Below the pieces are notes generated by a model that was not told the origin of the DNA, made no database searches, and was given only the letters and a program-made list of their open reading frames with translations. A program made the position numbers and the translations under genes. 64,000 nucleotides of DNA from Amoebophrya sp. A120 (Eukaryota; Protista; Dinoflagellata): the NCBI GenBank assembly GCA_905178155.1, contig CAJINV010000001.1, positions 16,120,142 through 16,184,141 of the forward strand, written 5' to 3'. The number at the start of each line of letters is the position of its first letter. Position 1 is the first letter of the stretch. Positions 37,617-48,383 of this stretch are shown in pieces.

Positions 37617-38929
37617 CTTGCTTGGTCGCGTTGTTCCTTGTTTGCTTTCGTTCTTTATTGCGCAGCAACCAGTCTCGGACTAGAGCCGTTGCTAGCATGC
37701 TCCTCAGATCAATGAGATCCATGAACTAGGTCACAGAACACCGGTAGGTGTAGGATGTAAATACAGGGGTCACACTAGTAGGATCACAGGGATCACACAG
37801 ACAGGACACCACTAGGCTGGTGAGGATGACACCAATGGAATCATGACAAACATGCACACAGTGCCAGAATGGCTTCTGGTCTTCGGGCCAGTAGCTGTAA
37901 GAATCAATTGCCCTGGAACTCCGTAGTACCTACTAGGTAGGTGCTTAGATAGTAACTCTGTTCTCTATCTTAGGACAGCATGCTAGTTCGCATGCCTCGT
38001 CCCTGACGCTTGACACGTCCACAGAGTTATGAGCCCAAGAAGTTCCCCTATTGGGAACGGGTAAGAACTACCAGCCGCCCCCACCTATCCCTGCATAAGA
38101 GTAGGGAATGAGCTCCCCAAGCTCGTGGCTGTAGTCGCCTCCTTGTGTGGCTAGTCCGCACCTGGAGAGCCATCAAAGCGCAAAGCGCTGGAAAGGGCAA
38201 AAGCCCACTCGAGTAGCGTCTGTCGATGACGTCCGCTGCTACGAGTGTGGAAGGCAAAAGTAAAAGTAGCAACACACACATGGCGGCGCAGCAGCGACGT
38301 CCAGGGTGTTGCAGTGCGTAAATGTTGCCGCAGCTATCGGTAGCTGCGCGCAACTCGAGCAGTCAGTGCCGGTGCAAGTAGCAGCAGCTACTCCAGCACA
38401 CAGCACAGCTCAAGCACCAAGTCCGGGGAGTCCCCCCGAACGCAAGAAGAACGAGATCCGTCCAGGATCTCGATCCAGGATGCAGCACAAGCTGTAAGGA
38501 GCGGCTGCAGATGCAGCTGCAGGCAGTTCAATACGCGGGTCACGTATATTGTGTTTTCTGCACTAGAGCGATTTGCTACTAGTTAGCTTGTTTGGGTTGC
38601 TTACCATTTCCAGTAGAAGTAGACTGGTTTGCTGTAAGAGCGAGGGCCCGTCGAGGTTCTCTAATTTGTTGATGCACAAGTAGCATTCAACGTCAATGCC
38701 CCCGGGTTCACGCACCCGGGCATGCGCAAGCTCATCGAGGGACGCCTCGCGCGCATAGATACACAGACAGGCCTCATTGCCTGCCGTGTATGTGGGTTCG
38801 GTTTGAGCAATTTACTTTGGTCAGGTATACCATCTTGCGGCTTCGCAAGATTTCCTGACAAGATTGCAACGCCAGCTGGGCATGCTCCGACTTGCTTGGT
38901 CGCGTTGTTCCTTGTTTGCTTTCGTTCTT
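37617..38929 (+). mobile_element. 1235-bp non-coding structured element (37656-38890) flanked by a perfect 39-bp direct repeat
   Basis: cttgcttggtcgcgttgttccttgtttgctttcgttctt at 37617-37655 and 38891-38929. The first ~463 nt are homologous to 56904-57371. Confidence 0.8.
37656..38118 (+). ncRNA. Candidate structured RNA core, copy 1
   Basis: Many stems are preserved between the two copies while loops vary. C(UUCG)G hairpin at 37876-37891. Loop 37953-37961 is complementary to 38021-38029 (pseudoknot). Confidence 0.55.
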
Positions 38930-39950
38930 GTCTCGGTGACTGATCTACGGGCGGTTAAAGCGCGGATGAAACTCAATCGGAATCGTCTCAAAGGCAGCAG
39001 CTCTAATATCCTGTAAAGATCCTACTTGAGTTCGGAAATCCCCTGAGAAAAAAAACGATCCCAGCAAGAGCTTCGAGCATGGAATCATTCGGATTCTAGT
39101 TGTCATTCTCCCTGAGACCAGATCCAGATCGATGCGAGCCCTTTCCCTGCGCCTGAAGTCACCACAGACAAACAAAAGATGAAAATGTACGAGTTCGGTA
39201 GAAATATAAATGAAGAAGGTAATGGATCTGGAATCGTAGACCCGATCAAAATAAGCAGGAGGTCCAAACCGCCGAGAGCGCTGAATAATCGTTCAAAATA
39301 AGATTTAGTAGCTAGAAGATACAACTTCAATTTCGGCTAATGCGTTGATGATGATGATGATGGCAATTTCTGCAATGACCCTCACAAAAATTTATTGATG
39401 AATTGGAGTGCGAAATCGGATTCCACCTGGATTGGTCGGTACTTTACTTTGCATGTGCGGCAAGAAAACGGTTTGACAGAAGTTCTTTGAATAAATCATG
39501 ATCATCTCCTTGTTGACAGTGCCTTGAGTCACTCCGCTTTAGACCTTCACCCAAATTACCAAACAGAAATCGCCTAATTGCAGAATTGCTACTTAGACTT
39601 TTCTAAGCTATTCGTATATTCTATTTTCTACCGAATTAGAAACGACAACTCTCCGCTGAAAGGCAAGAACAGCATCGATCGATTCGAAGACTAAAAATCG
39701 CTCCGTCTGACATTTAAAGCACTGCAATTTCAACAGCAATTAATTTGAACCTTCAACCTAGCGAGTATTCACGCCGGGTATATTAATTAACGACTCTTAG
39801 TAGTCTCAGAGTTCTTGTTGGTCCTTTTACTGCTCCACGTCCAATTTGATTCGTGATCACACTACTTGTTGGCGGTAGTACATTTCATACCTGAATAATC
39901 GTACTTTTTTAAGTAGACGTTGCTAGCATCTCAGGATCGACGGCAGAAAA

Positions 39951-42668
39951 ATGAAAGCTTTCGGGTTCTTTGGCGCCGCTCTAGTGTCGGTGGCCAACGG
40001 GGCCGCACCCTACTTTCATCCATCCGACTGGAACGTTGCATTTTCCTCGTCGCCAACAGGAGACTCGTCGGCGTCAGCAGGACCCTCCTCGTCCTACTTG
40101 GGTTCGGATACTCCTGCCGGATTCCAACCTGGGATACCGCTCGCTCCCACCAAAGAGCAGCCGCGTCGCCGCCGGCGGAGCAGCAGTTCCACCTCTTCCA
40201 GAAGTATTACGTCCAGGTCCCCGGCTCCACGCCGGACTTTCCCGAGTACCCCTCCCCAGACCCCGAGTAGTAAAAATGGCGTTGCACGTTGGCCGGCGAC
40301 GCCGACGCGGAACCAGGTTGCTCGGTCGCCGCAGCAGCCTTCCGGCCGAGCCGTGAGATTTGCAGCTTCATCTCGGACGCCATCTCCAAGCACGACAAGG
40401 GTCTTCGACGCCACAGGATCACCAGTAGGTCCGCCGCGGCAGAGCACGACCAAGACGGCGCGGGCGCTCAACTCTCCGGGATCGCCAGTTACTCCGCAGC
40501 AGACCAGATCCGGAACTGCGCGGGCATTCAACTCTGCGGGATCCCCAGTGGTGCCAGGTGCGCCGTCCTTTTTCTCTACGGGAAGGAGTTTACTTCCGCC
40601 ACAGACGCCCTTCGGACCCAGGCCAGAACCTCGGGTACCAGACACCCCTGGTGCTACAAATGACTCGCCTGGAGGCCTGGATCAGGTGGAAGAGGTAAAG
40701 GACTTCTACAATCGCCTGGCGGACCGGGATGACTACTTTCTTGGCAATCCACAGAACCCGAACGCTGTCAGCTTCACCGACGAACACCCTGAGCCTTTCC
40801 GCGTTGCAGCCGAGTACCAGATGCGAAAGTGTGTGAGGATGGTTCTTAAGGATGCCACTCACGAGTTGCTGTGGTTGCAGAAGCACAATGCCAGGTTTAG
40901 TCCGTTCAGCGTGCACGAGGAGGGAAGTCTCCACCAGAAGGGTAACGGGCCTGAGGTTTTATTCGAGCAGGAGCAGGAACGTAAGAGATCGGCGATCAGA
41001 AATCTAAAGAAGGGTTTGCAGGGCTGTGTGAGTCTGGTGCTGCACAAGTTCTGGCAGGCGCGTTTCCAGCTAGAGTGGAAGACAGAGATCTACAAGTTCG
41101 CGAAAACCCTGGCGAAGGAGGGGGGAGCAAAGGTGTACGAAAGCATTGTGACGACTAACAAAGAAGTGGGAGTTTCGCACTGCGCAGTGACCGGTAGGGA
41201 AATCCCAGTGTATCGTGAGATTCTGAAACTGACGCTGGTGCCGGCTGGCTCTTTTTTAGCGGACGCAGATCCGAAGAAAAACCACGCCGTCTCGATTGAG
41301 CTGCGGGATGAGGAGGACTATGCCACGTGGAAGAACATCCGCGACATCGAGAGTGAGGCCGCGTTTTTGAAGGAGTTCCAGACGGCCACGCCTGTTTTCG
41401 GACGATCGTCGGAACGCTCCGGCGCTGTCGGGCGGGGACCGGGCCGCACTCTCCTCGACGGGGAACCGCGGGCCTTCGGAAACTGTGAGTGGGCCGGAGG
41501 CGAGTCGAACGAAGGGCGCAAGGGCGGGAATTACATGAAGCTTCTCTACAACCCGGCTCTACAGGCCGTGACGAGATTCCTTCAAACCGAGTTTCTCGCC
41601 GTCGCAGAGGAATTTCGTACTGAGGTGCAGACTCTGGACGAACAAGATCTTCCCAAGCTGGAGACTCTGGAGACTCTGGACGAAGTACTAAGCTGGATTG
41701 AACACGTCCTCCTCAGACAGAGACGCATCAGGGGCGTGTTCGACCGGAAATGGTTGGTTGCCGCAAAGGCCTTCGAAGTGCGCCGTCTGCGCGCGCTTCC
41801 GCTTCTGTTGCGGAAAGCCTACCGAAATAGGAAACAGCCAAATGGAGTACCGGCGAATCTCGAACGGCATCTACATTGGAGAAAGTGGAACAGGGGTAAC
41901 ACGTTGGACACGGAAACTGCGTTCGACAGTGCAGACTACCAGAACTATCGGGTCCGGCGGCCACACCCGAACGGCTACAACGCGCAGACCGACAACGGTC
42001 GGCTTGGTAACCACTGGTTCTTGTGGGACCCTCGCCCGGCGGCGAAAGCCGCGCCGCTTCTTCTTCCTGCAATCGGAAATGCGGGTCCTTTTGCGGTTCC
42101 GGACGCTCCACTTGCTTGGGGAGTGGATTCGCTCCACGGAGATGCGACAGATCTGTACAGTGATAATTTGAACAGGGAGACAGGACTTACCCTCGCCACG
42201 CTCGGTCTACAGGACGATAATGACCTGGCCGCTTTCGTACGCGAGCTTTCTACGAACTCGCGAAGCGAGGAAGCGTCGGAAAGCAGTACAAGCGACGCAG
42301 TTGTTCTCCCCGATCGCCAGCCGATGGCGCCAGCCCCAGCTCCCCTGCAACCGATGGGATTCAGGTTCCACCTTCCCCCTTTCATGGGGGCGGGTCCTCC
42401 CGGTGCTGTTCCTTGGGTACTAGCAGCAGGTGACTTACCCCCACCTCCGCTCGTTGCTCCAGCCGGAGACGGGGAAGAGCAGCCCGGTGATATTGCACAT
42501 ATCTTCGGGGGTGGTGCAAACAACATGGCGGCCCTCCAGCAGTTTCTCGGCTTCAACAATCGACCTCCTCCGCCCGTGGCAGAAGCGGTAACTGCAGTGC
42601 CCGAAGAACAACTACTACCAGTTCAAGCGGAAGAAGGACCTGATGAAATTACTAACATACAACCTTGA
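39951..42668 (+). CDS. Intronless putative secreted protein of unknown family (paralog B)
   Basis: Signal-peptide-like MKAFGFFGAALVSVANGA, an S/T-P-rich N-terminus, and motif blocks shared with 34801-36870. Confidence 0.8.
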   Translation: MKAFGFFGAALVSVANGAAPYFHPSDWNVAFSSSPTGDSSASAGPSSSYLGSDTPAGFQPGIPLAPTKEQPRRRRRSSSSTSSRSITSRSPAPRRTFPSTPPQTPSSKNGVARWPATPTRNQVARSPQQPSGRAVRFAASSRTPSPSTTRVFDATGSPVGPPRQSTTKTARALNSPGSPVTPQQTRSGTARAFNSAGSPVVPGAPSFFSTGRSLLPPQTPFGPRPEPRVPDTPGATNDSPGGLDQVEEVKDFYNRLADRDDYFLGNPQNPNAVSFTDEHPEPFRVAAEYQMRKCVRMVLKDATHELLWLQKHNARFSPFSVHEEGSLHQKGNGPEVLFEQEQERKRSAIRNLKKGLQGCVSLVLHKFWQARFQLEWKTEIYKFAKTLAKEGGAKVYESIVTTNKEVGVSHCAVTGREIPVYREILKLTLVPAGSFLADADPKKNHAVSIELRDEEDYATWKNIRDIESEAAFLKEFQTATPVFGRSSERSGAVGRGPGRTLLDGEPRAFGNCEWAGGESNEGRKGGNYMKLLYNPALQAVTRFLQTEFLAVAEEFRTEVQTLDEQDLPKLETLETLDEVLSWIEHVLLRQRRIRGVFDRKWLVAAKAFEVRRLRALPLLLRKAYRNRKQPNGVPANLERHLHWRKWNRGNTLDTETAFDSADYQNYRVRRPHPNGYNAQTDNGRLGNHWFLWDPRPAAKAAPLLLPAIGNAGPFAVPDAPLAWGVDSLHGDATDLYSDNLNRETGLTLATLGLQDDNDLAAFVRELSTNSRSEEASESSTSDAVVLPDRQPMAPAPAPLQPMGFRFHLPPFMGAGPPGAVPWVLAAGDLPPPPLVAPAGDGEEQPGDIAHIFGGGANNMAALQQFLGFNNRPPPPVAEAVTAVPEEQLLPVQAEEGPDEITNIQP

Positions 42669-44000
42669 GTAGATTTCAACTTCTATTCGCTATTTGATTC
42701 TTTTAGAAATTCGTGTAGTCGAATCTATCTATGGTTTTTCTGTGCTCCGTCGAAAATGACAATACCTACTAATAGCTCCTGAACAACAAGTTCGGGCGGA
42801 AGGTCATATCGTCACACTTTTCTAACTCGTAGTGAAAACGGTATCGCTCCATCCATCCATGATTGTGCTGCATTCACACATCTGTCATGCATTCAGTTCC
42901 CATTCGTTATATCGAAAAGGCACTACTGTAGATAAAAAATTAAAACCACTTAAAAGAGTTTTCTTGAAAAGAACAAACAATCTGCATGGGAACGGGGGTT
43001 CGGCTGCCCGCAGAAACAAAAAGCATTGTCTTACTTATTTATTTGACAGCATGACATCTGCCTCCAATTCAATAAATTAAGTTCTAACCACGACAACGTC
43101 GACCGCAGCGTGGATCAAGGTTCGCAGCGTTTATTTGACTAGACAGTACGTTATTTACGTATATGCGCGAAGGAAATGCAATTTCTGATTCGAAGCCGTT
43201 GGTTTTTGAAGCCGGTCTTCTGCTTTTTGCCTTTTGGAACAAGTTTGTCGTATTCATAATCATAGTCAAGCACCGAAATATACTTAATCTGATTACAGTA
43301 AGCATCGTATTTATCGAAGCACTCAGGTTCGAAGTTTTTCCACTGATTTTTTCTGTAGCTCTTTTTGTACGATCAACATTAGACATGATGCACAAAAAAC
43401 CTTAGGAAGAGCGTAATTCAGAAATTTATCACACAGACAGCATTGTTTTGCTCTGTTGTAGACTGGCGAGACTGCCGCCACGTGGCTATGCTCGTCGCAC
43501 GCCGTACAAAGAAAAAGTTGTTCGCAGCGGTTTTTCGCGGGTGGCAGTGTATGTCAGAAGGCTAAGTACGTAGTGCCTGCGATATTGAGAAGGTCGGTCT
43601 TTCGCTTCGCCTTTCGTTGAGGCTAGTTGCAACTAGCGTGATAGCGTATCTTCGTCCTTCTAACGACGTTCGGATTCGCATTCGTGGACCTAAAAGTGAC
43701 ATCGGTTGTCGTACCGCGTACGTGCCGCGTTTGAATTCCATCGGTATTTGCACTCACAGTTCGTTTTTACCTACCGTGTTGATTTCGTGTCGTTCTCCTT
43801 CTGTGTTTGGTCTCTGAAGATTCGTCGATAAAGTACACACAGGATTTTGTCTCGCCTAGACATGATTATATTTTCCCACCCCCTGCTCCTCTTGATGTGG
43901 TCCGCCTCATCGGATCACCCGGCGCTACTTGATTCCTAGAAATCAAAAATTTCTCACCTTAGTCATCCCTCTCCTTACCTTCGAGACATCAACTCTCAGC

Positions 44001-45536
44001 ATGCGAGAGTTTTTCGAGCGTGTGGCAATGGAGGCCGGGCTGCTCCGGACGGAGTTCGAGCACCTGGCTAACACCGACAAAAGCTTCCTGGCGTCGGTGG
44101 GGCGCGCGGGCCTGGACACCATGGTGATGGTGTCCGATGTGACGCAGTGTGTGGCCTTTTTTGTGTTACTGTACAACCTCCGGCGGTTTCGATCGCTGGT
44201 GGGCGTGAGTGGGCAGACCGTGGCAGCCATCGCGGTGGCCCGCGTCGTGAACTTCCTCGGAGTTTTCGTTTTCGAGGGTGGCAAGGGCCGCCAGCTCAGC
44301 TTCTGGTTGTTCACCTCCGTAGACCTGCTCGCTACCAGTGTGGCCTGCTTCAACCTTTACTCATTTGTGCAGCTGCGGCAAACCTACAATGCCGAGAAAG
44401 ACGACTTCCTGCGCGTACTGCTGGAGAAATTCGGCTTTCAGGGCAAGGTCGCGCAGTACGGTGGAATCTACATCGTATTTCTCTGATTGTGTTTTTCTTT
44501 ATCCGGTTTTTTTCCACTCAAGGAACAAGATTGATAGAATAGCCTAGATTGTGGTATGCAGAGATCTACTTTTGGTTTTCGTTGGCTGAGTCAATGACGT
44601 GAAGATCCATTAGCTTGAAGTCTGTTCGAGTTGGTAAGGTTGAGGGCGACAATGTCCACCGTTCTACAGTTCTGATTGAAGTAATGATCATCCCTGCGTC
44701 CCAGAGCCTGCGGTAAAAGGCTGGGGGCCCGGCGCAAGTAGAGATGCCGCGGTCTCCAGATCTCTGGGACTAGAAAAAATTTGCGACCACTTAATTGATT
44801 CCCGTCTGATCAAGAAGATACTCAGCGCGGGTTAGCCAGGTGGTCTACAAGATGTACAAATTTAACAAAGTGATCTGTACCAACAAGCTCTTCAAAAAAG
44901 CAAAACGACATTTTTATTGTGGTGTTGGTGAAGTCGTTTCCTCATACAGAACTGTCCCCAGCATGCATGCGAAGTAGGTCCATGTCAAAAAAAAACCAGG
45001 TGGCGTTTGTGTTCAGCATTGCGTGGAAGCTTTTTGTAAACAGCGGCTTGGTGTTTAACGTGTTGGGCGGGAAACCGGCAGAAACCATTTCCGCGGAGAC
45101 CATCATTCCGTCCTGGTCCGAGCTGGAAAAAAGCTTTGGGCAGCAATCGACGTTGGCCGGCGTGGAGGAGGAAAGTTTGGTGGTTGGGTGGTACACGGTG
45201 TTCGCCGATTCGCTTGTGATGTGCGGCATGCTGGCGCAAATGCACCTGACGCGGCGCCTGTGCTTCATCCGGGCCCTGCTCGGCGATTTTGTCATCCTCA
45301 TGGCGGCACACAAGCTTGGCCTCTTCTGCTGGTGGCTGCTGTTTGGGCAGGTGGTATCGCTACCTGAGTCGTATACGGACATCAATACGCTACGGTACCA
45401 GCTCCTGAGCTTTGAGTTCATCCACATTTGCATCTACTTTGACTTCTGGGTCTTCTGGGTCCGGTCCGGCGCCGCGAGCTGGTGGTGGACCAAGAGGCAA
45501 AGGGACGAATTCGTAATGCTCTACGACAATGTCTAG
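44001..45536 (+). CDS. Divergent ER lumen protein-retaining receptor (ERD2/KDEL receptor)-like multi-pass membrane protein; intron 44476-44999
   Basis: RSLVGVSGQT...AR and TYNAEKDDF resemble ERD2 motifs. Multiple TM segments and a terminal IYFDFW. Confidence 0.6.
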
Positions 45537-46519
45537 TACTACTACTAGTGGTGAAGGTGAATCACCGGCGGGCGGAGGCGGGCAACGTATACGTATTTCA
45601 CGTCCACTCAGCTCTATAAAACGAAGGATTTCATCTTTCGCTCTCACGACTGACAGTGAGACATCATTCAGTTTACGGTTGACTTATTCAACCGCCGCAG
45701 TGGTTCGTTCAATTATACTAGCAATCGCCCAGTGGTTGAGTTTTTTTTAGATTCTCTTCGACCTCGCGGTGCTGTAAAGCAGCCGGGAGTCAAGTACAAC
45801 CCATTTGATCTACCCCGTTCCACTTCCAATGATTTCCATTCCGAGAGTACAAAAAACACGAAGCGGTTTTTTCATTTCCACTAACGTATTCTTCAGTTTG
45901 ACGCAGGGATGAGCGCGCCGCGTACTACGTGCTCCACAACTTGCGCTGGCGGGACCAAGGCGAATTCTGTTCAAACAAATAATTTTTTTTGAATTTTTCG
46001 CTGCCTCACACAATTGAATTTTTCGCTGCCTCATACATAGGAGCCTCGGGCTTCTCTACTGCGAGCGATTCCATCGCATGAATTTTCTGTAAATCGCATT
46101 TTCAGTTTGACGATCACAATAACAGTTTTTTCACTGACAAACTACACCTATGGATAGATCCTGTTGCTCTCCCCGTTTTTCGGCGGACGAAGATCAGCGT
46201 CAACGCAGTTTCTTTATTTAGATGGAGTATGCCGATACTTTTTGGCTGTTTCTACTTTTTGTATGGCAGAGCAGGTTCTTGGTTGAGTGACGACTCCTCA
46301 TTGTTTTCGGGCCGATAGTAAGTTTGGAAATCATATGTGAATTTTTCGCATGGATGGCTCTCGATCCGGTACTAGTGTAAGACAGACCCATGCTGAGAGC
46401 GCGCAAGCGCTGACCGCCGTCGGCGGATTACAGTAGCAGATATAGTCGAGGTCCGGAACAAGAAATATCATGAATAAAATTTTAGCGAATCATAAGCAGT
46501 TATAATTGGCGCAAGAATT

Positions 46520-48383
46520 ATGATGGACGTATCGGAGCCGGGCCGCGGCATGGCCGCGGAGGAAAGCCAGGACTCCGCGTTGCAGTGGGGCGCGTTGACC
46601 GAGAGCATATTGAGCACGCCGAGCCACTTTGCCGACATGGAGAATTACGAGGGCACGTTCGAGTACCTCCGGGACGAGTGCCGCGTGCTGGTAATCGGGG
46701 CTGGGGGTCTCGGCTGCGAAATTTTGAAGGATTTAGCGTACTCCGGGTTTCGGCAGATCGATGTCATAGATTTGGACACGATCGACATCTCCAACTTGAA
46801 CCGGCAGTTCCTCTTCCAGCAGCGGCACGTGGGGCAGTACAAGGCGGACGTGGCGGCCGAGGCGATCAACGAGCGCCTGGGCCGGGACTACGTGTGTGTC
46901 ACACCACACGTGGGAAAAATCCAAAGCAAAGACCCAAGCTTCTACCGCCAGTTCAATCTAATCATTGCAGGACTAGACAACATAGAGGCGCGGCGCTGGA
47001 TCAACAACCTCGTGCATAGCCTTGTGGAGCGCGACCCGGAGACCGGAGAACCGGACCTGTCTACCACAATACCGCTGTTAGACGGGGGTACGAAATATTA
47101 AGCAAGCGAATCCCATTCTGGTCCCTGGTGGTATGGTTGCCAAAGTTTTTTTTTGCAATTTTTACGTACTTTCTGCAAAAATACAGAAAAGTTCTTCTTG
47201 GAAAAAACAAATGGGGGCAAACCAAATTTGAGCGCCCACACGCCGTGGTGACGCGATAAGTAGCACAACTGCGCACGCAAGAACAGGGACGGGTCGGGTA
47301 GGAGCTGTCCTTTGCATAAACCGCACGGAAGGTCTTCGGGGGCAGGCTCGGCTGATAATGCCCACACAGACATCGTGCTTCGAGTGCAGTTTGGACATGT
47401 TTCCGCCCCAGGTAAACTTTCCCCTCTGTACCATCGCGGAGACGCCCCGCCTTCCCGAGCACTGCATTGAGTACGCGTTGGTCATACTGTGGGACCGGGT
47501 GTTCGGGGAAAAACGAACCACACACACGGTAACCGCCGCGAGTGCAGCACCCCCGGAGCGGCAAGCGGAACAGCCCGAGACGGGGGTCGTGCCAGAAGGG
47601 ACTACTAGCGACAGCCGGCAGCAGCGTGAAGCTGGACAAGAAGGTCGTGGAGAAGACGAGGCCCACAGGAGCAAGGTGTCGGCGGAAATCGAGGCGCTGA
47701 CCAAGGAGATCGCAGCCCTGCAGAAGAAGATCCTGCCGGGCGAAACCACCAGTACCAGCGCGGCCGCTGTGGCACTGGACAAAGACTCGCCGGTGCACAT
47801 GCAGTGGCTGTACAAGCAGGCGCTGCGACGCGGGCTCCAATTCGGGATCGCGGGCGTGACGTACCAGCTGACCATGGGCGTGGTGAAGCGGATCATTCCC
47901 GCGGTGGCCTCCACGAACGCGATCATTTCGGCTGCGCTGGTGCAGGAGGCTCTGAAGGTGTCCGTGTACTGCAGCGGCACCGTGCTGGACAATTATTTCA
48001 TGTACATGGGCCACGACGGGCTTTACAGCCATACCTTCCGCTACGAGAAAAAGCCCGACTGCCTGGTGTGCAGCGACGCCGCCATCAAGGCGCAGACGGT
48101 GCTTGAGGTACCGATGCGGAAGACCGACACGCTGGCGGAGCTGCTCACGAGACTGGGCGAGATGCCGCAACTGCAGCTGAAGAGGCCCTCGATAACCACC
48201 TCCGCCGGAATCGTGTTCTTGCAGAACCCGCCGTCTTTGCGCCGCGAGCACGAGTACAAGCTGCACAAAAGCTTGTCGCAACTGGTCGAGTTCGGGGTCT
48301 TCAAGGAAAAGGAGCCCTTGTTTGTCACTGACCCACAGTGCCTGCCCTCGTGCAACATCAAAATTCAGGTCGTGCTTACATAA
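46520..48383 (+). CDS. UBA3: NEDD8-activating enzyme E1 catalytic subunit; one non-canonical intron 47088-47322
   Basis: VLVIGAGGLGCEILKDL, DTIDISNLNRQFLF, GLDNIEARRWIN, DGGTEGLRGQ, FPLCTIAETPRLPEHCIEY, GVVKRIIPAVASTNA. Confidence 0.95.
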
